The notes: generated by a model not told the origin, from the sequence alone. A stretch of 64,000 bases of DNA from Eledone cirrhosa (GCA_964016885.1 OZ024756.1:12524001-12588000), one strand, 5' to 3'. Counted from the first letter of the stretch, positions 14,802 through 29,890 are shown. Translations and numbers: made by a program.

Positions 14802-15011
14802 ATTAACCCTTTAGCATTTAAACCAGTTGTATCCGGCCAGAATTCTTTCACCTCTTTCTGTTCAAACCAAATGTAACTGGCCACTCATACTGATGTTAAG
14901 GTATTGTTCTCAAAATAAATAATATCAAAATCTCATAGATTCAATATTATTGTGAGATAATGATGTAAATATAATAGTATATATAGAGTAATGTAAATGG
15001 TAAAGGGTTAA
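14802..15011. mobile_element. piggyBac-like MITE
   Basis: TTAAccctttagcattta ... taaatggtaaagggTTAA: TTAA target site and CCCTTT termini. Confidence 0.82.
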
Positions 15012-15054
15012 GGGAAGAGGGAAATACCATGCAGACAACAGCATAATAACTCAC

Positions 15055-15135
15055 CACATCTTTGCCATAATCTTCACTTTCAGTGTCACTATCGCTGTCT
15101 TCTGGAATGTTCACCTGTTTCTTTCCTTCTTTACC
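15055..15135 (-). CDS. CEP164: CEP164 coding exon (GKEGKKQVNIPEDSDSDTESEDYGKDV)
   Basis: Polypyrimidine tract plus tgcag|, donor GTG|GTGAGT, 81 nt, phase 0-0, acidic Ser/Asp-rich peptide. Confidence 0.7.
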
Positions 15136-15198
15136 CTGCACATGAAAAGGAGAGAGAAGAAAGATATGCTTTAAAGAAATGGAGTTTTTTTTAAACGT

Positions 15199-15416
15199 TA
15201 ACCATTTAGCATTTAAACCGACTGTATCCGGCCAGGATTCTCTCACCTCTTTCTGTTCAAACCAGCCATAACTAGCCACTCATACTGATGTTAAGGTATT
15301 GTTCTCTAAATAAATAATAATATCAAAATCTCATAGATTTGATATTATGTGAGGTAAAGCCTTTACCACAAAAATACAATAGTAAATATAGAGTAATGTA
15401 AATGTTAGAGGGTTAA
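15199..15416. mobile_element. piggyBac-like MITE
   Basis: TTAAccatttagcattta ... taaatgttagagggTTAA. Confidence 0.82.
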
Positions 15417-16914
15417 ACATTGTTTAAGGAAAAGAGTGTTGGTTTGTGGTTAGAGAATTGGATCCGCAATCATGATGTTGCGAGTTTGATTCCTGGCAAG
15501 ACACTTTATTTCATATTGCTCCTTCTGCCAGGAGTTGCAACTTGTAAATAGTATCAGCAATGGGAAGACCAATGGAAACAGTGTTTCCTTGGTCCAATTT
15601 GACAAGCTCCAACACACTTGGTAAGTGAATGAGGTCTGCGGTCTTATTGATCATTTCTCCTCCTTTAAGAAAGCCAGTATAATTAATGTAAAATAGAAGA
15701 AAAACCACCCTTCGGGTAGTTTACTGCTAGCATGTGTAGTGTGTATATTGATATCATACGCAAGTATAAATACATGTAGATATGATACATTAAATAAAAT
15801 CGTAATTGACAATATACACAGAAATTGAACGAAGACTGCGTTACACTGTCTTATGTAATCAGTAACGTAATCCATGATACATTAAAAAAAGACGATATTA
15901 TATATAAACTGCATTAGGAGAAAATTAGTGACAGAAATATATGAATATTTATTTAAACGATTACTAACCAGAAGTGTTGATATTTGAAAATTTTAAAGAA
16001 GTGAATCTTTAAATAAACAATAAAATATATTTAATCAACAGCCACGAAATTTAGTAGATAAATTATGTAATATTCATTCATTATTTATTCAAAGTAATCC
16101 AAATTATTTTACTAAGGGGATAAAAAATTATAAACCGTACGCAGTCCCGTGCTCCTTACTTTATTATAGTTTAGATTAGAAATAAAGGAGTGAAAACTAG
16201 AGTAAAATAAGAGAAACAAAAGAATAGGGTTAGAGTTTTACGTTTTATTTTATGGTATTTCAAGGTTGTATATATAGGGACTTGTAACTGATGGGGTCGT
16301 AAGGGACTTAGAGTGACTGGACCATTTAAACCTGGCGGAGAACATCACCCTCTCCCCAGGACTGTCAATTGGTGGGGGGAAGGAGTGAGGGAGGGGGAGG
16401 GGGAAAGAGGAAGTAAGAGAAAGGAAATGTGACAGAGAGGATGTGAGAGAGAGGAAGTGTGACAGAGAGGAAGTGAGAGAGAGGAAGTTTGACAGAGAGG
16501 AAGTGAGAGAGAGGAAGAGTGACAGAGAGGAAGAGAAAGAGAGAGAGGAAGAGTGAAAGAGAAAGAAAGAGAGAGAGAGAGAAAGAGTGAGAGAGAGAAA
16601 GTGAGAGAGAGAAAGTGAGAAAGAGATATAGAGGAAGAATCAACCCCAGTACTGTACTGGTACTTCATTTTATCGACCTCAAAAGGATGAAAGGCAAGCT
16701 GACCTCAGCAGAATTTGAACTCATATTGCAGAGAGAGCCAGAACAAATACTGCAAAACACTATCTGATATTCTAAAGACTCTGTTAATTTGCTGCCTATT
16801 TCAGGGTCACAAACTCTTTTGCAAAAGAAAAAGGAAATGGAGATGATGAGCTCTGATCAACATCAGCATCTTGAGAAAAAAAAACTTGTTAAATATCATA
16901 TTTCTATTGTTGTA

Positions 16915-17160
16915 ATGAGGTAGTGTACCCAGTAATGAGGTAGTGCTGATGCCATGATAAAATGCACTCAGTGTACCCAGTAATGAGGTAGTGCTGATGC
17001 CATTATAAAATGCACTCAGTGTACCCAGTAAGGTGGTAGTGCTGGTGCCATGATAAAATTCACTCAGTGTACCCAGTGAGGTGGTAGTGCTGATGCCATG
17101 ATAAAATTCACTCAGTGTACCCAGTGAGGTGGTAGTGCTGATGCCATGATAAAATGCTCT
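16915..17160. repeat. ~48-bp tandem repeat
   Basis: cactcagtgtacccagt..ggtagtgctgatgccatgataaaat, about 5 copies. Confidence 0.8.
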
Positions 17161-17589
17161 CAGCCAAAGAAAGCAAACCCAACTAAAAACAGAGCAAGAC
17201 CAAAAAAAGACCAAGGTAGACTTAGGCAGAAGTGATGGTAGCTTATCTGAGGATGCTGAACAAAGGTGATGACACAGAAAAGAGACAAGTAAAAGAATGT
17301 TGTACTGAAGAGGACTTGTTTAACCCATGCTCTTGCTCTTGGTCTTTGTGTCATTGACGGTTCTTCTGGGTGGGCTGATGGCCCTTCACAGAATAGTCGG
17401 ATGATGGGGCTGCCATCTTGGCGGAGAGCTGACATACTATGGATCACTTTTGGTCTGGAACTCCTCTAGGAGACTGGCCCTACCAAGAGCAAAGCTCCAG
17501 AGGGTAACGCTCTCTCAGATTTTCAGAACACACAGGCCCCCTCTCCATGACAAGGCCAGACCCAGGCATGAAAAAACAAACATAAAAGT

Positions 17590-17880
17590 GGTGATGATGA
17601 TGGTGATGGTGATGATGATGATGATGAGTGGTGATGGTGGTGATGACGGTGATGATGAGTGCTGATGACGGTGATGATGATGACGGGCGATGATGATGAT
17701 GGTTATGATGGTGATGATGATGGTGATGAATGATGGTGATGATGATGATGATGATGATGGTGATGGTTATGCCGAGTGGTGATGGTGGTGATGATGAGCA
17801 ATGATGATGATGGTTATGATGGTGATGATGATGATGATGATGATGACAATAATGATGATGATGATGGTGATGATGATGAT
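17590..17880. repeat. (GAT/GGT)n microsatellite
   Basis: Direct reading. Confidence 0.95.
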
Positions 17881-17896
17881 GCTACATTAGTAGTAC

Positions 17897-18031
17897 CTGT
17901 TCGACTTCATCTTCAAACTCTGTGGAGTATATTGGTATACTCATGCTGCTAGTATAATGTCTACTGTTGGACAAGCCGACAGATCCAGTCTTCGCCGAGG
18001 ATGTCCCTGTTAGGTTCAAACTAGATTTCAC
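17897..18031 (-). CDS. CEP164: CEP164 coding exon (VKSSLNLTGTSSAKTGSVGLSNSRHYTSSMSIPIYSTEFEDEVEQ)
   Basis: Acceptor atgtttcag|, donor CAG|GTACTA, 135 nt, phase 0-0. Unique open sequence between repeats. Confidence 0.68.
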
Positions 18032-18058
18032 CTGAAACATAATAAAGTAAACATATAT

Positions 18059-19250
18059 CATCATCATCATCAACATCGTTTAACGTCCATCTTCCACGCT
18101 AGCATGGGTTTAGACGGGAGTTGTCCCACTTGAGTCAAGATTGGTCGGGTGACCGTGTCTCGCTCGTATAGGACTATCTGGCAGGCTTTCTACGGCTGGA
18201 TGCCCTTCCTAACATCAACCACATTTACAGTGTGGAACTGGGAACTTTTTACCGTGTTACCCACACGGCCACATTACAGTGTGGACTGGGAGGTTTTTAC
18301 CGTGTTACCCACACGGCCACATTACAGTGTGGACTGGGAGGTTTTTACCATGTTACCTACACAGCCACATTACAGCGTGGACTGGGAGGTTTTTACCGTG
18401 TTACCTACACGGCCACATTACAGCGTGGACTGGGAGGTTTTTACCGTGTTACCTACACGGCCACATTACAGTGTGGACTGGGAGGTTTTTACCGTGTTAC
18501 CCACACGGCCACATTACAGTGTGGACTGGGAGGTTTTTACCATGTTACCTACACAGCCACATTACAGCGTGGACTGGGAGGTTTTTACCGTGTTACCTAC
18601 ACGGCCACATTACAGCGTGGACTGGGAGGTTTTGACCGTGTTACCTACACGGCCACATTAAAGCGTGGACTGGGAGGTTTTTACCGTGTTACCTACACAG
18701 CCACATTACAGCGTGGACTGGAAGGTTTTTACCGTGTTACCTACACAGCCACCTTACAGCGTGGACTGGGAGGTTTTTACCGTGTTACCTACACAGCCAC
18801 ATTACAGCGTGGACTGGGAGGTTTTTTACTGTGTTACCTACACAGCCACCTTACAGCGTGGACTGGGAGGTTTTTACCGTGTTACCTACACGGCCACATT
18901 ACAGCGTGGACTGGGAGGTTTTTACCGTGTTACCTACACGGCCACATTACAGCATGGACTGGGAGGTTTTTACCGTGTTACCTACACGGCCACATTACAG
19001 CATGGACTGGGAGGTTTTTACCGTGTTACCTACACGGCCACATTACAGCGTGGACTGGGAGGTTTTTACCGTGTTACCTACACAGCCACATTACAGCGTG
19101 GACTGTGTGTTTTTTTTTTTCTCGTGACACCTACACGATCTCGATCTCATTATCTCATTTATTTGGACTGGATGTTGTGGTACCAACTTTACAGAGAGAG
19201 GGTGGTGTTGGTGGGAGTGGGAGGATAGAGTAGGGGTAGTGGATTGGGGT
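18059..19250 (-). mobile_element. RTE 3'-UTR fragment with internal ~47-bp tandem expansion (18225-19105)
   Basis: Tail catcatcgtttaacgtcc. The unit ttacagcgtggactgggaggtttttaccgtgttacctacacggccaca is present only 1-2 times in the copies at 8740 and 36950. Confidence 0.85.
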
Positions 19251-19286
19251 ATATATACATATATATATGTAAATATATATATATAT

Positions 19287-19516
19287 ATAAAATATTAAAC
19301 AAATAATGAATAAACAATTCCTTATATTAAACAAAAAAAGTTCATTATTTAACGATCGTTTCTAGGGCATATATGTGTTATAATTGGTATGCATATTCAA
19401 CAGATCTATGTACAAAATTATACAAATTATATATGCCCTAGAAACGATCGTTAAATAATGAACTTTTTTTGTTTAATATAAGGAATTGTTTATTCATTAT
19501 TTGTTTAATATTTTAT
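19287..19516. repeat. Inverted repeat (88-bp arms, 54-nt spacer) in (TA)n
   Basis: 19287-19374 is the reverse complement of 19429-19516. Contains GAAACGATCGTT at 19441. Confidence 0.9.
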
Positions 19517-19647
19517 CTTGACTCTGTATACCGTTTATCTTTCACCGAAAGTGGATTTTCATTACATCTCTTCTTTCCATGATATCCGGAATACATTGAG
19601 TTCTTCATACGGATTGGACACTACCGTAAACTCTTGGTAGATTTATC

Positions 19648-20470
<823 letters not shown>

Positions 20471-21158
20471 AATCATAAAGTAATTGGAAGATCTCAGCGC
20501 AAGGAAACTGTTAAAACAACAAAATGTCCTCAATGGTGGCAGTGGGTAAAATTTACCTCAAAGGATAGAAATCAGTGGATAGAAGTGTGTTGGCTCATAA
20601 AAGCAATAGGAAAAAATGAGAAAGGGATAAAATAGACGAGAGGAGATCTCACAAACATTAAATTTTCTCATCAGCTTTTAGACTGCCTGTGGTTTCGACA
20701 ACTTAACTAAAAGGACCAAGTAAGATAGACGGTTCGTAACAACGGAGAAATAAATATCTATTGGTATAATTTTTGTTGGGGAAACGAATAGATTAATAGG
20801 CACGGACAAGTCAGAGAGAGAAGATATATAAGGTAGATTAAATGAATTGATAATACAACTGTATAAGGCAGATAGATATTCAAAGCTCTAATGTAATTTT
20901 ATTATCCACAGCAAGACGGTTTAGAGTGTAAATTGAATTAAATGCTACCTCCATCTGTATTTGCTGTATCTGAATGACAAAAAGCACCCAGCCCACACTG
21001 TAAATGTGGTTGGCATTAGGAAGGGCATCCAGCCACAGAAAACTAGCCAGAAACAGTTCTATATGAGCAAGACCGAGTCACCAGATCCAACTTGCCTCAA
21101 ATGGGACAACCTGTCTAACCCATGCTAGTGTGGAAAGTGGACGTTAAACGATGATGAT

Positions 21159-21668
<510 letters not shown>

Positions 21669-22333
21669 TATATATATATATAAATAGTGGAAGGAAGCTG
21701 CAGTAGAAGGAGAGCGAGGAAGACCTGGGCAGAGGTTGAGAACTGGTCCCAAATCATTGAAGTCCACAGAGATGATGACAAAGGACTGTAAGGTGTAGAG
21801 GGCTGCTAAGTTGGAAAAGACCCAACCAACCCATGCAAGCATGGAAAAGCAAGTGTAATATGATGATGATGATGATGATTACCTATGGGCCTAATAATTT
21901 ATATAAATGGTTTAATAATCCAGCCACCATTGTGTTCTCACCCATGATAATCCAAAGACAGATCATATATCTGAAGAAGTTTCTTCTTTCACTCTCTGGC
22001 AATAGCTTATCTGACTTTAATAGAACGTGCTCCTAGTCCAGGTAGCGCCCCCTTTCATGTGGCACCCATGGCATGTGCCATGCTTACCATACCATAGATG
22101 TAACTCTAACTAATTTAGGTATACAAAAGCTGTAGTGGGATGGGATTGTAGCCAGACTAACAAAACAGATAAAACTTTACATGTGGCAGATGCATTGGGG
22201 TAAGTGGGTAGTAAGAGTGGTAGTGAAATAAACCTTTTCCAATTCCAAGAAGGCACTATACAAGTAATTGATAGCTTCTGTTACTTTGGTGACCTAATTA
22301 GCCAGAAGAAGACTGGGCCGGAAAAGGTTTATG

Positions 22334-25300
22334 GAGCTACTGTCACTGTTGACAACTGGAGCTAGTCACTGTTAACAACTGGAGCTACTGTCACTGTTAA
22401 CAACTAGAGCTACTGTCACTGTTGACAACTAGAGCTACTGACACTGTTGACAACTAGAGCTAGTCACTGTTAACAACTAGAGCTACTGTCACTGTTGACA
22501 ACTGGAGCTAGTCACTGTTAACAACTAGAGCTACTGTCACTGTTGACAACTGGAGCTACTGTCACTGTTAACAACTAGAGCTACTGTCACTGTTGACAAC
22601 TAGAGCTACTGACACTGTTGACAACTAGAGCTACTGACACTGTTGACAACTAGAGTTACTGTCACTGTTGACAACTAGAGCTACTGTCACTGTTGACAAC
22701 TAGAGCTACTGTCACTGTTGACAACTGGAGCTACTGTCACTGTTAACAACTAGAGCTACTGTCACTGTTGACAACTAGAGCTACTGTCACTGTTGACAAC
22801 TAGAGCTACTGACACTGTTGACAACTAGAGTTACTGTCACTGTTGACAACTGGAGCTACTGTCACTGTTAACAACTAAAGCTACTACTGACACTTGACAA
22901 CTAGAGCTACTGTCACTGTTGACAATTGGAGTTACTGTCACTGTTAACAACTAAAGCTACTACTGACACTGTTGACAACTAGAGTTACTGTCACTGTTGA
23001 CAACTGGAGCTACTGTCACTGTTAACAACTAAAGCTACTACTGACACTGTTGACAACTAGAGCTACTGTCACTGTTGACAACTGGAGTTACTGACACTGT
23101 TGACAACTAAAGCTACTGTCACTGTTGACAATTGGAGTTACTGACACTGTTGACAATTGGAGTTACTGTCACTTGACAACTGGAGCTACTGACACTGTTG
23201 ACAATTGGAGTTACTGTCACTGTTGACAACTGGAGCTACTGTCACTGTTGACAACTGGAGTTACTGTCACTGTTGACAACTGGAGCTACTGTCACTGTTG
23301 ACAACTGGAGCTACTGTCACTGTTGACAACTGGAGTTACTGTCACTGTTGACAACTGGAGTTACTGTCACTGTTGACAACTGGAGTTACTGTCACTGTTG
23401 ACAACTGGAGCTACTGTCACTGTTGACAACTGGAGTTACTGTCACTGTTGACAACTGGAGTTACTGTCACTGTTGACAACTGGAGCTACTGTCACTGTTG
23501 ACAACTAGAGCTACTGACACTGTTGACAACTAGAGCTACTGTCACTATTGACAATTGGAGTTACTGTCACTGTTGACAACTGGAGTTACTGTCACTGTTG
23601 ACAACTGGAGCTACTGTAACTGATGACAACTGGAGCTACTGTCACTGTTGACAACTGGAGTTACTGTCACTGTTGACAACTAGAGCTACTGTAACTGATG
23701 ACAACTGGAGCTACTGTCACTGTTGACAACTGGAGTTACTGTCACTGTTGACAACTGGAGCTACTGTAACTGATGACAACTGGAGCTACTGACACTGTTG
23801 ACAATTGGAGTTACTGTCACTGTTGACAACTGGAGCTACTGTCACTGTTGACAACTGGAGTTACTCTCACTGATGACAACTGGAGCTACTGTCACTGTTG
23901 ACAACTGGAGTTACTGTCACTGTTGACAACTGGAGTTACTGTCACTGTTGACAACTGGAGCTACTGTCACTGTTGACAACTGGAGTTACTGTCACTGTTG
24001 ACAACTGGAGTTACTGTCACTGTTGACAACTGGAGCTACTGTCACTGTTGACAACTAGAGCTACTGACACTGTTGACAACTAGAGCTACTGTCACTATTG
24101 ACAATTGGAGTTACTGTCACTGTTGACAACTGGAGTTACTGTCACTGTTGACAACTGGAGCTACTGTAACTGATGACAACTGGAGCTACTGTCACTGTTG
24201 ACAACTGGAGTTACTGTCACTGTTGACAACTAGAGCTACTGTAACTGATGACAACTGGAGCTACTGTCACTGTTGACAACTGGAGTTACTGTCACTGTTG
24301 ACAACTGGAGTTACTGTCACTGTTGACAACTGGAGCTACTGTAACTGATGACAACTGGAGCTACTGTCACTGTTGACAACTGGAGTTACTGTCACTGTTG
24401 ACAACTGGAGCTACTGTAACTGATGACAACTGGAGCTACTGTCACTGTTGACAACTGGAGTTACTGTCACTGTTGACAACTAGAGCTACTGTCACTATTG
24501 ACAATTGGAGTTACTGTCACTGTTGACAACTGGAGCTACTGTCACTGTTGACAACTGGAGTTACTGTCACTGATGACAACTGGAGCTACTGTCACTGTTG
24601 ACAACTGGAGTTACTGTCACTGTTGACAACTGGAGCTACTGTAACTGATGACAACTGGAGCTACTGTCACTGTTGACAACTGGAGTTACTGTCACTGTTG
24701 ACAACTGGAGCTACTGTCACTGTTGACAATTAGAGCCACTGTCATTGTTGAGAACTAGAGCTACTGTCACTGTTGACAACTGGAGCTACTGTCACTGTTG
24801 ACAACTGGAGTTACTGTCACTGTTGACAACTGGAGTTACTGTCACTGTTGACAACTGGAGCTACTGTCACTGTTGACAACTGGAGTTACTGTCACTGTTG
24901 ACAACTGGAGCTACTGTCACTGTTGACAACTGGAGTTACTGTCACTGTTGACAACTGGAGTTACTGTCACTGTTGACAACTGGAGCTACTGTCATTGTTG
25001 ACAACTGGAGTTACTGTAACTGATGACAACTGGAGCTACTGTCACTGTTGACAACTGGAGTTACTGTCACTGTTGACAACTGGAGCTACTGTAACTGATG
25101 ACAACTGGAGCTACTGTCACTGTTGACAACTGGAGCTACTGTCACTGTTGACAACTGGAACTACTGTCACTGTTGACAAATGAAGCTACTGTCACTGTTG
25201 ACAACTGGAGTTACTGTCACTGTTGACAACTGGAGCTACTGTCAGTTGACAACTGGAGCTACTGTCACTGTTGACAATTAGAGCTACTGTCACTATTGAC

Positions 25301-25433
25301 AATTAGAGCTACTGTCATTGTTGAGAACTGGAGTTACTGTCACTGTTGACAACTGGAGTTACTGACACTGTTGACAACTGGAGTTACTGACACTGTTGAC
25401 ACCTGGAGTTACTGTCACTGTTGACAACTGGAG
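22334..25433. repeat. 3.1-kb minisatellite, 25-bp unit ggagctactgtcactgttgacaact
   Basis: Direct reading. Begins inside a decayed plus-strand RTE fragment (about 22100-22360). Confidence 0.95.
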
Positions 25434-26621
25434 CACACCTACATCATTTCATATACACACTCACTGCATTTATATATACACAGACATACAGACACACCTT
25501 TTCACACACTCAGATATATACATTCACCACATATACATACTCACATACGCATTCAGACATACAGACAAACGATTTCACACACTTATTACACATTTACACA
25601 CAAACATACAGACCATACACACACACACACAGATCAACATACAGACCAGACACACATAGATCAACATACAGACGAGACACACACAGATCAACATACAGAC
25701 CAGACACACAGATCAACGAGTATAGATATGTGCCAAAATCGATCTGAAAAGGTCAATTGTAGAGGTCAATAAATGAAACAATGGAAGAAAAAGATGAAAA
25801 TTGCTGTTTTGGCAAAATTTTTGGAAAAGATCCCAAAATAGATGGTGGTGGTGGGGTGGTAGGGGTGGGGTGGTAGTGGTGTTAGTAGTGGAGTGGTAGT
25901 GCTGGTAGTGGTGGGGTGATACAGGTAGTAGTAGTTGTAGAAGATAAATACACACAACGAAAATTCAGTGCGTGTGTATATATATATATATATATATATA
26001 CATATATATATAATATAAGTATGTACACGTACATACATATATGTGTACAGACATACAGTAGTCATCATCATCATCATCATCATTTTACGTCCGCTTTTCC
26101 CTGCTTGCAAGGGAGCTGATTCTGGCTTTATTTCTACAGCTGGATGCCCTTCCTAACACCAACCTCATTTACAGTGAGTGCTGGGTGCTTTTTTTTTGCC
26201 GTGGCACCTCCACGACCACTTTGCAGTGGAATGATAGGGACCCCAGTCCCTATCATCTCATTTCTACAGCTGTGTAAACTGGAGCAATGTGAAATAAAGT
26301 GTCTTGCTCAAGGAAACAACACATCACCCGGTCTGAGAATTGAACTCACAACCTTTTGATTGCAAGGCCAATGCTCTAACCACTAAGCCATGTGCCTCCA
26401 TGTATGTATATATATATATGTATGTATATATATATTTTGTTATACTTTGGGAGGGTCATGCTGCCAATGAAAACACATACACACCTGTAGGATTCACTCC
26501 AATTTATCATAAATTTCTAGTTGGTTCGATAACTGGATGGTTGTTTATATATTGTCAAAGCTCTTTCATCAGACATTCTGTGATCTATATATATATATAT
26601 ATATATATATACCACAAATAA

Positions 26622-27128
26622 TCATCATCATCATCATCATTTTACGTCCGCTTTTCCCTGCTTGCAAGGGTGGGACGGGTCTTATTCAGCACAGCATCTC
26701 TCCACTCGTCACGGTCCCTCGTCATCTCCACCGTGAGCTTCAATGATCTGAGGTCTGTTCTCACCACCTCCGCCCATGTTTTTCGTGGTCTACCTCTACG
26801 TCTTCCTTCAACTGGCATTTCCTGGCACTTCTTCACCCATCGGTCATCCTCCATGCGCATCACATGTCCATACCACCTCAGTCTCCTCTCCCGTACACTA
26901 CATTCTATCCCTCTCAGACACAGTTTCTCTCTCAACACATTTATGCTGGGTCGTTCACGCACATTTACACTGCACATCCAACGGAGCATGCTTGCCTCAT
27001 TTCTCTCCAGCCGTCGCATATCCTCTGCGGTTGCTGCCCATGTCTCACTACCATGCAGCATCGCGCTCCTCACACAGGCATCATACAACCGGCCTTTCGT
27101 ACGCAGGGATAAACCCTTCTTCGTCAAC
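26622..27128 (-). mobile_element. RTE LINE 3' fragment; inverted short copy at about 27150-27320
   Basis: [20 protein letters not shown]...[12 protein letters not shown]...GRPRKTW, (GAT)n tail. Confidence 0.9.
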
Positions 27129-27530
27129 ATATATATATATACGAAGGAAGACATAGTAGAGGAAGACCACGAAAAACATGGGCAGAGATGGTGACCTCAG
27201 ATCGCTGAAGCTCACAGAGATGACGAAGGACTATGACAAATGGAGAGATGCTGTGCTGAAGAGGACGCATCTCCACCCTTGCAAGCAGGGAAAAGCAGAC
27301 GTAAAATGATGATGATGATACCTATATCATCATTTTCACATCAAATTTTCCATGCTGTCATGGGTTGGACAGGACTTTTTCAGACAATTTTTTAACAGCC
27401 GAATGCCTGACACTAACCCCTTTGTTTCTAGTGACTCAGAGATATGGTGCATTTATTATACACGGCATGGATAAATTCCCGAATTTCTTCAATGTTTCCC
27501 AAAACAAACTATGGCCATTGTCATACTTAC

Positions 27531-27674
27531 ATTTTGACCGGTGGAAGCCTGAAGTGAAGCTAATGTTCCTCCTGATGTTTTCAGTGGTGCCAAACTTCCC
27601 AGTGGTTTGGTGGGTTTATGTACAGACGGTAGGCCAGGACTGAAATTTGCTTTTGGTGCTTCAAGACAAGGATC
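27531..27674 (-). CDS. CEP164: CEP164 coding exon (DPCLEAPKANFSPGLPSVHKPTKPLGSLAPLKTSGGTLASLQASTGQN)
   Basis: Acceptor tctttcag|, donor AAT|GTAAGT, 144 nt, phase 0-0. Has the LGSLAPLK motif typical of the CEP164 low-complexity linker. Confidence 0.72.
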
Positions 27675-28490
27675 CTGAAAGATTCCGTTTAATTTACTTA
27701 GAGATGGAGAAACTTGATAAATGCTATTTTTATTTTCATTTAGACGATCAACAAGATCCCAAACCTCATTTACCATTTGAGGAGGAACTCATCAGACCCA
27801 AGAAATAATGTTTACATTGGTCTTTCAATTGTTGATATTATCTACCAGTTGCAACTCCTGTTAGAAAGAGCAATGTGAAATAAAGTATTCTGCTACAGTA
27901 TCTTGCTCAAGGACCTAACGCATCACCCAGTCCAGAAATCAAACTTGCAACCACATGATTCTGAATCCAATTCTCTAACCACTAAGCCGCACACCTTTTT
28001 ATAAAAAGGGAATTACCAAAATGAACTTAAACCTCCTTTTGTTTCTATATTTCTAATGAACAACACTGCCTGGAGTGATTTAGTAAAATAACTAAATTTT
28101 TCATTATTAAGCTGCTGATTGAAACATAAATGTTCTAACATAAAATTATGATGGAAGATTTTTAGATAAATGTAACATTTTAATTCTTTCATTACAGTAT
28201 TTCTAATGAAATACATTGCTTATGAGTTTCAAATAATTGCAGGATAGATACAACGGGCAAAGCTGACTGGAGACCCAGAAGTAGACCACAAACAAGATGG
28301 TTGGATAACATCCATAAGCTCAGTTGGTCTTACTTGGAGATTCAGCTGAATCAATTAGAGACAGCTGCTTCTGATAGGACCTTTAGGGTGGCATGTTTGA
28401 GGGCTCTACCCCAATGAGCCTCTCAAGAAGAAGAAGAAGACTACAAACATTGTTGTTATTTTCCAGTTTTTCTTTCTTCACTAAACTCAC

Positions 28491-28510
28491 TTCCTTTTCT
28501 TTCTTGGCAG
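28491..28510 (-). CDS. CEP164: Probable 20-nt CEP164 micro-exon (A-A-K-K-E-K-E)
   Basis: Acceptor ttttttctag|, donor GAA|GTGAGT. Converts phase 1 to phase 0, as needed to join exon 3 to the exon at 27674. Lys-rich, like the segment after the CEP164 WW domain. Confidence 0.6.
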
Positions 28511-28589
28511 CTAGAAAAAAAATATAATTTAAAATAAAAGTAGAATTTAAGAAAATTTAAAAAAATTTTGGCAGGTGTAAAATCAGTTG

Positions 28590-28990
28590 TCTGGAATTTG
28601 CAAATGATATGGTGTTATTTAACTCAACAGAAGGTGATCTCCAACTTGCACTTGATAGGTTTGATGCTGAGTGTTGCATGGCTGGAATGAAAATCAGTGG
28701 AAACTCGTCTCCAAATTGGGAGATCACAGCTCCAATCCTACGGGCATGTGGTTAGAATGTCTCAGGAAAGAATCACTGGACAGATTTTATGAGCAAAACC
28801 AACCAGCAGGAGACCCAAGCGTAGACCCCCCAGCAAGATGGTTGGATAACATCCATGAACTCATCTGGTCTCACTTGGGAGGATCCAGCCAGATCAGTTG
28901 GAGACAGTTGCTTCTGACAGAACCCACTGGAAAGGAGTCTTTGAGGACTCTTTCCCACCATGACCCTCTCAGAAATAAGTGGGCGAAGAA
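28590..28990 (+). mobile_element. Old RTE-clade LINE fragments (also 28250-28440)
   Basis: LEFANDMVLF...DLQLALDRFDAECCMAGMKIS and RWLDNI motifs. Confidence 0.6.
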
Positions 28991-29890
28991 GAAAATTTAG
29001 AAAAAAAAACAAAAAAAACCCCACAAAATTAGACAAATAATAATTTAAGAATGTAACATTATTTCATTCTTTTGTGACTATATTCCTCATTAAATATTCT
29101 GTACTTTAATTAATGAAGAATTTTAAGGGATTTACCAAAATTAACAGTTATTTCATTATAAAGATGGTGTGTGTAACATAATTGTTTATACTTTTGGCAC
29201 AAGGCCAGCAATTACCCCAGTGTATTACTGGTACTTTATTTTGGTGTGTGTAACATAATGTAAGGTCCTTACACAAAATATTATTTGAAGGTTGTTATTG
29301 AAATTAAAATAAGATTGTTGTGTGTATCCAGTTTAGAATAGATACCCTCCACAACCTGTAGGGGGGGGTTTAAAAGGGCTGATGTCAGAAAAGGGATCTA
29401 GTTGCAAAACAATGCCTCAAAAAAGACCCCATGATGAGTGTAAACCCTGTCATGGGTTAATCCCTACTTTAACAGGGGGAAAATGACCTTAACACATTAG
29501 TGGTTGTTGTGTTGTAGTTTTGATTTAAATACGAACCCTCTAAAGTATACTCAACTGAAAATGAGTACCAGCAATAACTGGGGTGTTTAACCCTGTCATA
29601 GACTGCTGTACTGTCCATGTGGTGGAGGGCCTTGTACTCTCAGTTGCTTCATGCCATGGAAATCGGGATAAGCACTGCCCGATGAGCTTCCAGGGGCTCA
29701 AAGACAAATTTTAACCCTGCGATGGACTGGTCTCCTGTCCAGGGGGGGGGGGGGGAGTCATGTACTTTCAGTTGCTTCGTGCCATGGATAAAAACCGGTC
29801 TAACGAGACTCCAGGCTTGAGACAGACTTTAGACTTAGACTTTACAATGGGGGGTTTTTGTTTTGTAGAACCAAGGCTTGAATTTATGTT

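Noticed and set aside
25715-25745. Minus-strand acceptor ttttcag|ATCGATTTTGGC as an extra CEP164 exon
   Set aside because: No good donor; runs into low-complexity sequence; flanking exons already join in phase.
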